DNA from: Candidatus Shapirobacteria bacterium
GTDB lineage: Bacteria > Patescibacteriota > Microgenomatia > UBA12405
Length of the DNA stretch: 64,000 nucleotides
NCBI GenBank assembly: GCA_028704635.1
Contig: JAQWFB010000004.1
Location: 2,656 to 66,655, forward strand
Direction of reading: 5' to 3'
The notes under the pieces were generated by a model. It was not told the origin of the DNA. It saw only the letters and a program-made list of their open reading frames with translations, and searched no databases. A program made the position numbers and the translations under genes. This document shows, piece by piece, positions 8,951-20,217 of this stretch. Position 1 is the stretch's first letter; each line of letters begins with the position of its first letter.

Positions 8951-9667
8951 ATGGAAACAACCAATTTCGAAGCTCAAAATCCAATTCCTGACATCGAAAT
9001 CCCAGTTTTACCTTCTACTCCAACCCCAAATAAAAATATTTTTAAAACATTATTTTTTATTTTCCTCGGACTATTTTTAATTATTTCATCAATTTATTTC
9101 TATCTTTGGGTAAAAAGTGATCAACTATCTCAAAATTCTCAAACAGAAATTAAAAACCAATCCATTAATAATATCAATTCAACTCCATCACCCACATCCG
9201 CACAAGCGATTATTAATAATCAAAACTCTCTTAAACAAGTTTTAACCGATTGGAGTCTTTATCGCGAAATTGAAAACAAGGATCAGTTTTTTTATGAAAC
9301 AGATCAAGACGGAACTCGTAAAACATGCGGTTCTTGGTTTTGCAATGTTCCATCCAATCATGAATTATACCCATTTACCCAAAAAATTTTAAATGGATCA
9401 ATTAAAGAACTTACTATTGGTATCAGATCTGTTTATATAACACCAAATTACGAAAATTATAATAACCAAGAATTCAATAATTTAAACATCGGGTCATTTT
9501 CAACTGGTATTATTGAAATTCAACCACTTTATGTTTATGACGATAAATTAATTTGGTCAACTCTTCCCGGGTGTGGTGGTGCCATTCCAGATACTCAAAT
9601 TGATAAAGAAAATTATGCAAGTTGTGAGTATTTAGAAAAATTAATAAGTACTGCTTTTGAACAATAA
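8951..9667 (+). CDS. Membrane-anchored hypothetical protein
   Basis: Pro-rich N-terminus, TM helix (N.FK..F lead-in like the upstream gene), four Cys. Confidence 0.7.
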   Translation: METTNFEAQNPIPDIEIPVLPSTPTPNKNIFKTLFFIFLGLFLIISSIYFYLWVKSDQLSQNSQTEIKNQSINNINSTPSPTSAQAIINNQNSLKQVLTDWSLYREIENKDQFFYETDQDGTRKTCGSWFCNVPSNHELYPFTQKILNGSIKELTIGIRSVYITPNYENYNNQEFNNLNIGSFSTGIIEIQPLYVYDDKLIWSTLPGCGGAIPDTQIDKENYASCEYLEKLISTAFEQ

Positions 9668-9689
9668 ATTTAATCCCAAAACCTGCCTG

Positions 9690-9718
9690 TTGCCAAGTCT
9701 TGACAAAGGCCTTATAAT
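9690..9718 (+). promoter_or_regulatory. sigma70-type promoter for rpoBC
   Basis: TTGCCA-N17-TATAAT upstream of rpoB. Confidence 0.65.
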
Positions 9719-9780
9719 ACCCCTATTCGGCCGAGCGGTTGGAACATAACTCGTCCTTTTCTTAATAATTAAATTTGTTG

Positions 9781-12700
9781 ATGCCTTCCGTTAAAAGAAC
9801 TCAATGGGGTAAAAAATACCCAAACCTTCCTAAGTTAGATTTAATTCAAATTCAAAGAGAATCCTGGAAAGAATTCTTAGAAAAGGAATTGATAGAAACC
9901 GTTCAATCAATTTCACCAATCAGCGACTACACCGGTAATAACTGGGAGTTAGAGCTTGGTGAACTTACTTACGACCCAATCACTGTTTCCCCTGATCTTG
10001 CCAAAAGAAAAGGATTAAATTACACTGTTCCTGTTCGTGTTAAAGCCAAATTAAGTAACAAAAGAACTGGTAATATCCGTGAAGAAGATGTTTTTTTCTT
10101 AAATCTCCCTACCATGACTGATGAAGGCACCTTTATTGTCAATGGTATTGAAAGAGGTGTCATTAATCAATTAGTCCGATCTCCAGGTGTTTATTTTACT
10201 GGTGAAACCGATGCTGCCACCGGCAAAACTCTTTACAGTGCTGAAATACGACCATCCCGTGGTTCTTGGCTCGAATTCTTCATTGGTAAAAAAGATGTAG
10301 TTTTTGCCAGAATCGATCGAAAAAAGAAATTTCCAGCTACTATTTTCTTACGAGCCGCTTGCCAAATGGGAGACAAACAATTAATTGCTGAATTTGGTGA
10401 CTATATTGCCAACACCATCAAAGCCGATATTTCTAAAACTCCAGATGAAGCCATTTTAGAATTTTATCGAAAACTTCGACCTGGTGAGCCAGTCGTTCTT
10501 GAAAATGCTCAAAAATTTTTCCACGAAAGATTTTTTGATCTTAGAACTTATGAATTAGGTAATGTTGGTCGTTACAAAGTTAATAAAAAATTTGGTTTCA
10601 AATTTGATGACAACGATAAAGAAAATTGGGTTTTAAGAAAAGAAGATCTAGTTACCACTGTCAAATATCTAGTCCAACTTCAAAAAGGTGAAGTTACCCG
10701 TCTTGATGACATCGACAGTCTTGCCAATCGTCGTCTCCGACGTTGTGGTGAAATCGTTTCTCAAATTGCTATTCGTCCAGCCTTGGCTCGATTTGAAAGA
10801 ATGGTTAAAGAAAGAATGAGCTTAATTTCCACTAAAGAAAAACCAGCTCCATCTCAAATGATCAATCCTCAACCATTAATTTCGGCTCTCAACACTTTCT
10901 TCCGATCCAATCAACTTTCTGCCATTTTAGATCAAACCAATCCTTTATCCGAACTTGATTTATTACGAAGAGTCACGGTCGTTGGTGTTGGTGGTTTAAC
11001 TAGAGAACGTGCCGCTTTCTCCATTCGTGACGTTCACAGTTCCCAATATGGTCGTATTTGTACTGTTCGTTCTCCAGAAGGTCCAAACATTGGTTTAGTT
11101 ACCTATCTTGCTCTTTATTCTCAAATTAATAAATATGGCTTTTTAGAAGCACCTTTTAGAAAATTAGAAAAAACCAAAGGCGGTTATACCTTTTCCAAAG
11201 ATTTTGTTTATGTTGATGCTGAAGATGAATATGAAAAGAAAATCACTCATTTAGATATTAAATTTGATGAGAATTTTATTACCAAGCAAGAATGGGTGCC
11301 AATTCGTTATCAAGGTGAATTTATTGAAGGTCCAATCGACCAAGTCGAATATATCGATTTAGTCCCAAATCAAATCGTTGGTGCTTCTGCTTCACTGATT
11401 CCTTTTGTTGATCACGATGATGCTACTCGTGCCCTTATGGGTTCCCATATGCAGACTCAAGCAGTTCCTTTAATTGCTCCAGAATCTCCTTATGTTGGTA
11501 CTGGTATGGAATCTACTGTTACCACTTCCATGAGAAGAACAGTTTTAGCCAAACATTCGGGTAAAGTTACTTTTGTAGATGGTAGTAAAATCATTGTTGC
11601 TCTCGATAAAAAAGCCACTGAGCCAGGTTGTGAAGCCAGTGAAATTAGTGAAGACGGCAAAATTGAAACTTATCATTTAACAAAATTTTTAAGAACCTCA
11701 CCATATGGTACCTGCTACAACCAAAAAGCTGTTGTTGGTATGGGTGATGTTATTAAAGAAGGTGATTTACTAATCGATGGCCCATCAACTGATGGCGGTG
11801 AATTATCAATTGGTCGAAATCTTTTAGTTGCCTACGCTTCTATCGATGGTTTATCTTACGAAGATTCATTCTTAATTTCCGATCGTATCGTTAAAGATGA
11901 TGTCTTAACCAATATTCAAATTTACGAATACTCAGCTCAAGTCGTTGAAACCAAATTAGGTTCTGAAGAATTAACTAAAGATATTCCTAATGTTTCCGAA
12001 AACGAATTAGCCAAATTAACCGAAGATGGTATTGTTATGATCGGTGCCACTGTTGGTCCAAACGATATTTTAGTTGGTAAAGTTGAACCTCGTGGAGAAA
12101 AAGAATTATCTGCCGAAGAAAGATTACTTCGTGCTATTTTTGGTGAAAAAGCTCGTGAAGTTAAAGATACTTCTCTTCGTGTTGCTAATGGTGAAGGTGG
12201 TGTCGTTATCAAAGTCGATATTCTCGACAAAGACAGCGGTGATGAATTAGATCCAGGTGTCAATAAAGTGGTTAAAGTTTACGTCGCTCAAATTCGTCGT
12301 ATTCAAGAAGGTGATAAAATCGCCGGACGACATGGAAACAAAGGTTGTATTTGTCGTATCATGCCACAATATGATATGCCTCGACTTGCCGATGGTACTC
12401 CTGTCGACATGGTTATGTCCCCACTTTCCGTTGTTGCTCGTATGAATTTAGGTCAGATTTTAGAAGTTGCTTTAGGTTACGCTGGTTACAAACTCGGTAA
12501 AAAATATGCTGTTCCAGTTTTTGAAAAATATTCAGAAGAGGAAATTGGTGAAGAGCTTAAAAAAGCTGGCCTTTCTACTACACTTAAAACTCAACTTTAC
12601 GATGGTCGAACCGGTGAAGCTTATGATCAAGAATCAGTTGTTGGTGTTGGTTACATCATTAAGCTCGTTCACATGGTCGACGACAAAGTTCATGCTCGTT

Positions 12701-13167
12701 CTACCGGCCCATATTCTTTAGTCACTCAACAGCCACTCGGTGGTAAAGCCAGAATGGGAGGTCAGCGATTAGGAGAAATGGAAGTTTGGGCTCTTGAAGC
12801 ACATCGTGCTGCGCATACTCTTCAGGAAATGTTGACTATTAAATCTGATGACATCGAAGGTCGTACTCATGCCTTCCAAGCCATTATTAAAGGTCAGCCA
12901 ATTCCAGAACCAGCCATTCCAGAATCTTTCAAAGTTTTAACCAAAGAATTAGCTGGTTTAGCTCTCGATATTTCTCCAGTCGGTGTCAAAGAAACCGGTG
13001 AAATATTTGAAGGTGAAATAGCCAGTATTAATGAAACTAGCCCTGTCGAAATTGTTCCTGAAGAAATTCAAACCGAAGTCAATGGAACAATGGAAGATGA
13101 ATTAGAAGGATTAACAATTGCCGATGATTCGGCAAAATTAGATGATGAAATAAAGGAGGAACAATAA
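9781..13167 (+). CDS. rpoB: RNA polymerase beta subunit
   Basis: [61 protein letters not shown]. Confidence 0.99.
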   Translation: MPSVKRTQWGKKYPNLPKLDLIQIQRESWKEFLEKELIETVQSISPISDYTGNNWELELGELTYDPITVSPDLAKRKGLNYTVPVRVKAKLSNKRTGNIREEDVFFLNLPTMTDEGTFIVNGIERGVINQLVRSPGVYFTGETDAATGKTLYSAEIRPSRGSWLEFFIGKKDVVFARIDRKKKFPATIFLRAACQMGDKQLIAEFGDYIANTIKADISKTPDEAILEFYRKLRPGEPVVLENAQKFFHERFFDLRTYELGNVGRYKVNKKFGFKFDDNDKENWVLRKEDLVTTVKYLVQLQKGEVTRLDDIDSLANRRLRRCGEIVSQIAIRPALARFERMVKERMSLISTKEKPAPSQMINPQPLISALNTFFRSNQLSAILDQTNPLSELDLLRRVTVVGVGGLTRERAAFSIRDVHSSQYGRICTVRSPEGPNIGLVTYLALYSQINKYGFLEAPFRKLEKTKGGYTFSKDFVYVDAEDEYEKKITHLDIKFDENFITKQEWVPIRYQGEFIEGPIDQVEYIDLVPNQIVGASASLIPFVDHDDATRALMGSHMQTQAVPLIAPESPYVGTGMESTVTTSMRRTVLAKHSGKVTFVDGSKIIVALDKKATEPGCEASEISEDGKIETYHLTKFLRTSPYGTCYNQKAVVGMGDVIKEGDLLIDGPSTDGGELSIGRNLLVAYASIDGLSYEDSFLISDRIVKDDVLTNIQIYEYSAQVVETKLGSEELTKDIPNVSENELAKLTEDGIVMIGATVGPNDILVGKVEPRGEKELSAEERLLRAIFGEKAREVKDTSLRVANGEGGVVIKVDILDKDSGDELDPGVNKVVKVYVAQIRRIQEGDKIAGRHGNKGCICRIMPQYDMPRLADGTPVDMVMSPLSVVARMNLGQILEVALGYAGYKLGKKYAVPVFEKYSEEEIGEELKKAGLSTTLKTQLYDGRTGEAYDQESVVGVGYIIKLVHMVDDKVHARSTGPYSLVTQQPLGGKARMGGQRLGEMEVWALEAHRAAHTLQEMLTIKSDDIEGRTHAFQAIIKGQPIPEPAIPESFKVLTKELAGLALDISPVGVKETGEIFEGEIASINETSPVEIVPEEIQTEVNGTMEDELEGLTIADDSAKLDDEIKEEQ

Positions 13168-16100
13168 TGTTTAAATTTAAAAGTATGATCGATTTTTCGG
13201 GACTTCAAATTAAATTAGCTTCTCCGGAAGAAATTTTATCTTGGTCCACTGGTGAAGTTATTAAACCAGAAACTATTAATTATCGAAGTTGGCGCCCAGA
13301 AAAAGATGGTCTTTTTTGTGAAAAGATCTTTGGACCAAGTCGAGATTATGAATGTTACTGTGGTAAATACAAAAAAATCAGATTCAAGGGTGTAATTTGT
13401 GATCGTTGTGGCGTTGAAGTCACCACTTCTAAAATTCGTCGTGAAAGAATGGGTCATATCACTTTGGCCGCTCCTGTCACTCATCTTTGGTATCTTCGCA
13501 ATACTCCATCTCCAATTGGCGTCATTCTTGACGTTCCTCAAAAAGATTTAGAGTCTGTCGTTTATTTCACCAAATATTTAGTTACTTCTGTTGATGATTC
13601 CAAAAGAAAAGAGGCTTTAGAAAATTTAACTAATTATTCCACTAAAAGAATTGATCAAATCAATGTTGACACTAAAACTGCCATTGATACCAAAACTGAA
13701 GAAACTGAAAAAGAAAAAAAGGAACTTAAGACTAAAATTAAAAACAAAGATCAGCTTTTTATTGCTCAAGAAGAGCGCGATATTAGATTAAAGCAGGATG
13801 TTCAAAAACTTGAAAATAAAGCTTTATCTGAAAAAAATCGTATCGAAGGTTTAATGAAATATTTGGAAGAAAAAATCCAAAGTCTTCAAGTTTTAACCAC
13901 TGTTTCCGATGAAGAAAGCTTTTATTTATCCCAATTTAAGGCAGATATTTTCTTCACTGCCAAAATGGGTGCTGAAGCTCTTTATGAAGTTTTAAAACAA
14001 ATCGACATGGTCGAAACTGTTAAAAACCTCAAAAAAGAATTAAATAAGACCAGTTCTAAACTAAAGAAAAAGAAAATCATGTATAAAATCCGTATTTTAA
14101 ACGGCATGATTGAAAACAAAATTAATCCAGAATGGACAGTACTTACCCAAGTTCCAGTTATTCCACCGGATTTACGTCCAATGGTTCAATTAACTGGTGG
14201 TCGCTTTGCCACTTCTGATTTAAATGATTTATATCGTCGTTTAATCAACCGAAATAATCGTCTTAAAAAATTATTGAAACTTGGTGCTCCAGAAATAATT
14301 TTACGAAATGAAAAAAGAATGCTCCAAGAATCAGTCGATATTTTAATTGATGCTCAAAAAAGTTCTAAAGGTAAAAGAAAAAGCACTAAACGTGTTCCAC
14401 GTTCTTTATCAGATCTTTTACGAGGTAAGAAAGGTCGTTTCCGACGCAATTTGCTTGGTAAGCGTGTCGATTATTCCGGTCGTTCAGTTATCGTTGTTGG
14501 TCCAGAATTAAAATTAAATCAAGTCGGTCTTCCAAAAGAAATCGCTCTTGAAATGTATCGACCATTTGTTCTTCGTGAACTTATGGCTACCGGCATCGCT
14601 CCCAACATTAAGAGTGCTAAAAACTTAATCGATCATCGTATTAATGAGGTTTATGATATTTTAGAACAAGTCACTAAAGACAGTTATGTCTTATTAAATC
14701 GTGCTCCAACTTTACACAAACTTTCAATTCAGGCTTTCAAACCAATTTTGGTCGATGGTTTAGCCATTCGTTTACATCCATGTGTTTGTAAAGCTTTTAA
14801 TGCTGATTTTGATGGAGATCAAATGGGTGTTCATTTACCTCTTTCCGATGCCTCTCAAAGAGAAGCTAAGAGATTAATGTTGCCATCCCATAATTTATTA
14901 AAACCATCTGATGGTAATCCAGTTTCTGTTCCAACTCAAGAAATGGCTGTTGGTTGTTATTACATCACCTCAGTTCGATCCGAAGATTTAGAAAAAGAAC
15001 AAGCCTCTAGCTTGGAAGGTTTATCAATTTTTGCTGACGAAGCCGAAGTTGAATTAGCCTACGAATCCAAAAAAATTGGATTAAGAGAATTAGTTGTTGT
15101 TAAAATTAATGGCAATTTAACCAAAACTACCTATGGTCGTATTTGGTTTAATCAAATTCTTCCAAAAGAATTCCCATTCTTAAATGAAGCTATGGCCGGT
15201 TCTAAATCGGTTAATGATTTAATTGTTAAATCACTTGAAATTGCTGGTCGTTTGAAAACCGTTAAATTAATCGATTCTCTTAAAGATATCGGTTTCAAAG
15301 GTTTTACTCTTTCCGGTCTTTCTTTATCAATGGCTGACTGTGGTTATTTACCTGAAAAAGAAGAACTTATTTCTCAGGCCAATAAATTAGTCGTCGAAAT
15401 TGAAGAGAACTATGCAAATGGTTTAATTAGTAATGATGAAAAGCAACGACTTTCTCAAGCTATTTGGATGGAAAAAACTCAAGAAATTGCCGAAAAAACT
15501 TGGGCCACTCTTGATATCGATTCTCCAATTCGTATCATCTCTGCCGCTGGTATTAAACGTGCATCCAAAGATCAAATTAAACAGCTTTCTGGTATGAGAG
15601 GTTTAATGGTCGATCCAACCGGAAAAATCGTTCAACTTCCTACAAAATCCAATTTCCGAGAAGGTCTTTCAGTTTTTGAATACGTAACTGGTGCTCGTGG
15701 AACCCGAAAAGGTTTAGCCGATACCGCTTTGAAAACTGCTGATGCTGGTTATCTAACTCGTCGATTAGTTGATGCTGCTCACATCGCCATCATTAAAACC
15801 GATGACTGTGGTACTGATCAGTTCATCACCATCGATTCTAATGAAAAAGGCAGAGAAAGATATTTCTTCCGCCGAATTTTAGGTCGAATTTTAGCTAATG
15901 ATGTTATTGATCCAAAAACCAAAAAAGTTTTGATCGAAAAGGGGACTTTATTAAACAATGATGAAGTTGCTTTAATTGAGAAACACGAAATTGCCACTGT
16001 CGATATTCGATCTCCATTAACCTGTCATGCTGAAACTGGTTTATGTCAAAAATGTTATGGTTGGGATCTTTCCACTCGAAAATTAGTTCAAGTTGGTGTC

Positions 16101-16901
16101 CCAGTCGGTGTTATCGCTGCTCAATCAATCGGTGAACCAGGAACTCAATTAACTCTCCGAACCAAACATACTGGAGGTGTCGTCGGCGTCGACGTTACCC
16201 AAGGTTTACCACGTGTTCAGGAATTATTTGAAATCAGAATGCCAAAACTTCCTTCACCTTTAGCTGAAATTAGTGGCAAATTAAAAGTAAAAGAAACAAT
16301 TGATGGCTATGAAATTAAACTCACTGGTAAAGATGAAGACAAAAACGCAAAAATCATTAACTATATTTTGCCTTTAAACGTTACCCTTCTTGTTGCCGAT
16401 GGTGATTTAGTCGCTCAAGGAACTCAGCTTTGTTCTGGTTCTCTTGATGTTCGAGAAATTATGGAAATTAAAGGTATTGAAGCTGCTCAAAAATATTTAA
16501 TCAATAGTATCCAAGGTGTGTATGAATCTCAAGGAATTGGTATTCATGATAAGCATTTAGAAGTTATGGTTAAAGAAATGAGTGACAAAATCAAAATTGA
16601 AGACCCAGGTGATACCACTTTCCTTTATGGTCAAACCACTACCGCAGCTGTTTTCCGAGCAGCTAATGATAAAGCCAAAGCCAACAATAATGGTAAACCA
16701 GCCGTTGGTAAAAAAGTTTTACTCGGTTTAATTAATTCCGCTTTAACTACTGGTTCTTGGTTATCTGCTGCTTCATTCCAACAAACCACCAGTGTTTTGA
16801 CCGAATCTTCCTTACTCGCTGAAGTCGACGGCTTGATTGGTCTCAAAGAAAATGTTATTATCGGACGATTGATACCCGTCAGTAAAAATCAAAAAATATA
16901 A
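13167..16901 (+). CDS. rpoC: RNA polymerase beta' subunit
   Basis: [18 protein letters not shown], Zn ribbon, [34 protein letters not shown]. Confidence 0.99.
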   Translation: MFKFKSMIDFSGLQIKLASPEEILSWSTGEVIKPETINYRSWRPEKDGLFCEKIFGPSRDYECYCGKYKKIRFKGVICDRCGVEVTTSKIRRERMGHITLAAPVTHLWYLRNTPSPIGVILDVPQKDLESVVYFTKYLVTSVDDSKRKEALENLTNYSTKRIDQINVDTKTAIDTKTEETEKEKKELKTKIKNKDQLFIAQEERDIRLKQDVQKLENKALSEKNRIEGLMKYLEEKIQSLQVLTTVSDEESFYLSQFKADIFFTAKMGAEALYEVLKQIDMVETVKNLKKELNKTSSKLKKKKIMYKIRILNGMIENKINPEWTVLTQVPVIPPDLRPMVQLTGGRFATSDLNDLYRRLINRNNRLKKLLKLGAPEIILRNEKRMLQESVDILIDAQKSSKGKRKSTKRVPRSLSDLLRGKKGRFRRNLLGKRVDYSGRSVIVVGPELKLNQVGLPKEIALEMYRPFVLRELMATGIAPNIKSAKNLIDHRINEVYDILEQVTKDSYVLLNRAPTLHKLSIQAFKPILVDGLAIRLHPCVCKAFNADFDGDQMGVHLPLSDASQREAKRLMLPSHNLLKPSDGNPVSVPTQEMAVGCYYITSVRSEDLEKEQASSLEGLSIFADEAEVELAYESKKIGLRELVVVKINGNLTKTTYGRIWFNQILPKEFPFLNEAMAGSKSVNDLIVKSLEIAGRLKTVKLIDSLKDIGFKGFTLSGLSLSMADCGYLPEKEELISQANKLVVEIEENYANGLISNDEKQRLSQAIWMEKTQEIAEKTWATLDIDSPIRIISAAGIKRASKDQIKQLSGMRGLMVDPTGKIVQLPTKSNFREGLSVFEYVTGARGTRKGLADTALKTADAGYLTRRLVDAAHIAIIKTDDCGTDQFITIDSNEKGRERYFFRRILGRILANDVIDPKTKKVLIEKGTLLNNDEVALIEKHEIATVDIRSPLTCHAETGLCQKCYGWDLSTRKLVQVGVPVGVIAAQSIGEPGTQLTLRTKHTGGVVGVDVTQGLPRVQELFEIRMPKLPSPLAEISGKLKVKETIDGYEIKLTGKDEDKNAKIINYILPLNVTLLVADGDLVAQGTQLCSGSLDVREIMEIKGIEAAQKYLINSIQGVYESQGIGIHDKHLEVMVKEMSDKIKIEDPGDTTFLYGQTTTAAVFRAANDKAKANNNGKPAVGKKVLLGLINSALTTGSWLSAASFQQTTSVLTESSLLAEVDGLIGLKENVIIGRLIPVSKNQKI

Positions 16902-16905
16902 AAAT

Positions 16906-17328
16906 ATGCCAACATTTAATCAACTAATCAAAAGTGGTCGAAAAAAGAGAGTTCAAAAACTCAGAACTGTTGCTCTTCGTAATGGTTTTAACACCATCAA
17001 TAATCGGCCGACTCTTAGTATAAATCCAATTAAAAAAGGCGTGGTTATTTCTGTCAAAACCATGACACCTAAAAAACCACATTCAGCTTTAAGAAAGATT
17101 GCTAAGATTAAACTTAGTAATCATGCTTCCGTTACTGCTTACATTCCAGGTATCGGTCATAACTTAGCCGAACACAGTATTGTGAGTATTAGAGGTGGTA
17201 GAGTTAGAGATTTACCAGGTGTCCGTTATCGTATAATTCGCGGAAAATACGACGCTGGTGCTGTTGCTGGTCGCATGCAATCCCGTAGTAAATACGGTGC
17301 CAAAAAAGCTGTTGCCAAAACCGCCTAA
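16906..17328 (+). CDS. rpsL: 30S ribosomal protein uS12
   Basis: [42 protein letters not shown]. Confidence 0.98.
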   Translation: MPTFNQLIKSGRKKRVQKLRTVALRNGFNTINNRPTLSINPIKKGVVISVKTMTPKKPHSALRKIAKIKLSNHASVTAYIPGIGHNLAEHSIVSIRGGRVRDLPGVRYRIIRGKYDAGAVAGRMQSRSKYGAKKAVAKTA

Positions 17329-17356
17329 TTATTACTAAAATTTAAATTTAAAAAAT

Positions 17357-17839
17357 ATGTCCAGAAAAGGAATCAATAAAATTAGAGAAGTACTCCCAGA
17401 TACTATCTACAGCAACGTTACCGTCAGTAAAATAATTAATGCTTGTATGAGAGATGGTAAAAGAACTGCTTCTGAAAAACAAGTTTATGATGCTCTAGAT
17501 TTAATTAAAAAAGAATTTCCAAAAGAAGAAGTTTTAGAAGTTCTCGACCGAGCTTTAGAAAACATTAGACCAAAAATTGAAGTTAGACCTCGTCGAATTG
17601 GTGGAGCTGTTTATCAAGTTCCAACTCCAGTTCGTGGTAATCGTCAAAATTCATTGGCTCTTCGTTGGCTCATCAAAGCTGCTCGTGCCAAGGCTAATAA
17701 ACAGTATCATTCTTTTGCTCAAAAATTAGTTGCTGAACTTTTATCTGCTCTCAATAATGAAGGCGCTGCCGTCAACAAAAGAGTTGAAGTCGAAAAAATG
17801 GCTGATGCAAATAAAGCATTTGCCCATCTCCGCTGGTAA
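17357..17839 (+). CDS. rpsG: 30S ribosomal protein uS7
   Basis: EVRPRRIGGAVYQVP, MADANKAFAHLRW. Confidence 0.98.
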   Translation: MSRKGINKIREVLPDTIYSNVTVSKIINACMRDGKRTASEKQVYDALDLIKKEFPKEEVLEVLDRALENIRPKIEVRPRRIGGAVYQVPTPVRGNRQNSLALRWLIKAARAKANKQYHSFAQKLVAELLSALNNEGAAVNKRVEVEKMADANKAFAHLRW

Positions 17840-17858
17840 GAAAATTTTTTTAAATTTT

Positions 17859-17884
17859 AAAACGCCCCGCCCCGGGGCGTTTTT
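17859..17884 (+). terminator. Intrinsic terminator after rpsG
   Basis: AAAACGCCCCG-CCC-CGGGGCGTTTTT. Confidence 0.85.
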
Positions 17885-17898
17885 GTTATACTTTATAT

Positions 17899-19356
17899 AT
17901 GTCGTTATTCTCCAAACCAAAACTTATAATTTGGCCTAAAGCCAAAGTTGTTGAACTTTACATTGATCGTAAAGAAAACAATACTCTCAGTTTCGATTTA
18001 AATCTTTGGCAAAAATGTAACGACAAAGATCTTGAAGCTCTAAGTTTATATTTCCGACAAAATAAATTTGGTTCAATTTCAGTTTTAGTACCGGATGATG
18101 TCGTCTTCACCAAATCTTTCACTTACGATTCAAAAATTGACAACATCGACAAAAAAGAAGTCATTAGTTTGGCTGCCAATTTAGTCAATTTTCCTATCGA
18201 TCCAGACGCCATCGAATATAAACTAACTCAAGCTGCCGACAAAACCATTATTCAAGCCTTTATTTATGACAAGCCAAAATTAGACCAACTCAAATCAAAT
18301 CTGAATATTATTAGTGTCGGTGTAAATAAATTTACTTCCGTTTCTACTGCTATTTCAAACACTATTTCTTCCATCTACAAACAAGAATTTTTCCTTATTT
18401 ATCCTCTAAACGATCAAGAATACACCCTCTTGCTTTCAAAAAATAATTCTGTTTATTTAACCGTAAATCTCAAAGGACCAAGTCTTGATATCCAGAAAAT
18501 TATTAACTATTCAAATTTTTACTTTTCTAATATAACTCAAAAAATTTATGTTCCCGAAGGTCGTGATTTGGAAATTATCACTACCACCCAAATGGACAAA
18601 ACTCTTTATAGTGAATCCCAAATTGCCCAAAGTCTTTCTAAGGCTTCAAATTTACCTTTACCGGTTTTAGGTGAAATGACTAGCTCAGTTTTAATTAATG
18701 CTGATATAATAGTTTCACCAAATAATATTAGTTCATCATCAACAAAAATGGAAAATAAAAAAAGAAACATCTTACCTATAATCGCAGTTTTTATCTTTAC
18801 CGCGGCTCTCGCTTCAGTTGGAGCTTGGTTCGTTTTAAATAAAAATTCTGGCGAAGTCGCCAGTCCTACTGGTACCAGTGAAGAAACTTCTCAGCCCACT
18901 GTAGCTCCAACCGCCACAGCTACTCCAAAACCAACCATTGCTGAAATTGAAAAAGATATCAAAATCCAAATTTTAAATGCCACCGAAATTAATGGTCAAG
19001 CTGCTACTCTTAAAGCCAAATTAGTTGCTCTTGGATTTAAAAATATAAATGTTGGTAATGCTAAAGAAACCGCCACTGAAAATTCAATCCAAGTAAAATC
19101 TGCCAGCACTTCGGCATATTTTGAATCAAAATTAAGTTCTGATTTTCCAGCTACTTACACTGAAGATCTCAAATCATCTTCAACTTACGATGCTGTCTTT
19201 ACTATAGGCACTGATTTAAGTTCCATGTCGTCTTCAACCACTTCTACTAGTGATGAGGAGACCACTCCAACTGTAACTAAAACTGTAACCAAATCTGTCA
19301 CTCCAACTGTGACCAAAGCGGCAACTAAATCTGCCACTCCAACAGTTTCGGAATAA
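17899..19356 (+). CDS. Membrane protein: PilM/GspL-like N-terminal domain, TM helix, LytR C-terminal domain, S/T-rich tail
   Basis: IQILNATEINGQAATLKAKL..GF..VGNA..YDAVFTIGTD is LytR_C. The N-terminal SVLVPDDVVFTKSF..FPID..IEYK is PilM-like (weaker). Confidence 0.7.
   Translation: MSLFSKPKLIIWPKAKVVELYIDRKENNTLSFDLNLWQKCNDKDLEALSLYFRQNKFGSISVLVPDDVVFTKSFTYDSKIDNIDKKEVISLAANLVNFPIDPDAIEYKLTQAADKTIIQAFIYDKPKLDQLKSNLNIISVGVNKFTSVSTAISNTISSIYKQEFFLIYPLNDQEYTLLLSKNNSVYLTVNLKGPSLDIQKIINYSNFYFSNITQKIYVPEGRDLEIITTTQMDKTLYSESQIAQSLSKASNLPLPVLGEMTSSVLINADIIVSPNNISSSSTKMENKKRNILPIIAVFIFTAALASVGAWFVLNKNSGEVASPTGTSEETSQPTVAPTATATPKPTIAEIEKDIKIQILNATEINGQAATLKAKLVALGFKNINVGNAKETATENSIQVKSASTSAYFESKLSSDFPATYTEDLKSSSTYDAVFTIGTDLSSMSSSTTSTSDEETTPTVTKTVTKSVTPTVTKAATKSATPTVSE
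19264..19347 (+). repeat. Coding tandem repeat, 36-nt period (TPTVTKxxTKSx)
   Basis: ACTCCAAC recurs at 19264, 19300 and 19336. Confidence 0.7.
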
Positions 19357-19360
19357 GACC

Positions 19361-19418
19361 AAAAAAAACCCTTCATTTTAAAAAACTGACATAATGTCAA
19401 TTAATTAATTAGAAGGGT
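19361..19418 (-). terminator. Long interrupted hairpin terminator between convergent genes
   Basis: ACCCTTC...TGACATAATGTCA...GAAGGGT, with a T-tract on the minus strand. Confidence 0.55.
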
Positions 19419-19433
19419 GTTCAACTTGTGGAA

Positions 19434-19805
19434 TTAGTTTTGTCTGTTAACAATTTCGATTTGTTTTTTTAGAATAAAAGTTTTTGCAGCCTGAGTTATA
19501 ACGTATAAACCAGAAACTACAAAGCTTGCATGTTGAATGCTTTGAATATCTGATTTAAGAACTTCCTTAGTCAAAAGCTTAAGTGAATCATCGTCATCTT
19601 TGTACAAAAAGTGGCCATCAAAACCATTTTCCAGCATTTCGACAATCAATTCTTCAGAAATATTGGTTATCAAATAACCATAAAAACAATTTTCGATTTC
19701 AATCAATTGTAATCTTTCCAAGATTATGTCTCTTTTTTTCTTGTCTAAATTGTCTAGTACTAATTCTAAAACATCATCTTCTTCTGTAAATTCTGTTGTC
19801 AACAC
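19434..19805 (-). CDS. Hypothetical acidic protein
   Basis: 123-aa ORF, GTG start preceded by AAGGA, followed by a terminator. Confidence 0.55.
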   Translation of the reverse strand: MLTTEFTEEDDVLELVLDNLDKKKRDIILERLQLIEIENCFYGYLITNISEELIVEMLENGFDGHFLYKDDDDSLKLLTKEVLKSDIQSIQHASFVVSGLYVITQAAKTFILKKQIEIVNRQN

Positions 19806-19864
19806 AATAATTCATCCTTTCAAATAATTTTACAAATTCCACTAAGTTTCGAGGGTTGAGAATT

Positions 19865-20068
19865 TTACCAATTAGGATGCACACCAAAAGGTGCAACTAA
19901 AGCCATCACCTGAAAAAACAGATATGCTATCCCAGCTACCGCTACAATAGTAAAAGCTTTCGAAAAAAACCAATCAACAATGTCAAAATTCGTCATTATT
20001 CTTGTTCTTCTAGCGTTTTCATTTAATAAACCAGCTCCGGCGTCTTGAACATTTTTATTAATCTCCAT
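19865..20068 (-). CDS. Small membrane protein (67 aa)
   Basis: GGGAGGTGG Shine-Dalgarno before ATG 20068, TGnTATACT upstream, one C-terminal TM helix. Confidence 0.6.
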   Translation of the reverse strand: MEINKNVQDAGAGLLNENARRTRIMTNFDIVDWFFSKAFTIVAVAGIAYLFFQVMALVAPFGVHPNW

Positions 20069-20148
20069 CCAATCCACCTCCCTCTTTTTTAAAGTACTGT
20101 TCAAGTATAGCACTTTTACCTCAAAAAGCAACCTATAAGAAAAAATAT

Positions 20149-20207
20149 AAAAAAAATACCCCGGAGAAAATAAATAATGCTTTCGCATCACTTATTCCCT
20201 TCGGGGT
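20149..20207 (-). terminator. 23-bp hairpin terminator with GAAA loop after the Nudix gene
   Basis: Minus strand ACCCCGAAGGGAATAAGTGATGC-GAAA-GCATTATTTATTTTCTCCGGGGT + ATTTTTTTT. 22/23 pairs including G-U. Confidence 0.8.
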
Positions 20208-20217
20208 TAATCAGATT

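Noticed and set aside
13570-13900. Possible intein or intron in rpoC
   Set aside because: No C/S..HN-C/S/T splice motifs or LAGLIDADG; the frame is continuous and looks like a coiled-coil insert.
20069-20191. Longer 108-aa version of the 19865 ORF
   Set aside because: The extension runs through a terminator and promoter; a strong SD marks ATG 20068.
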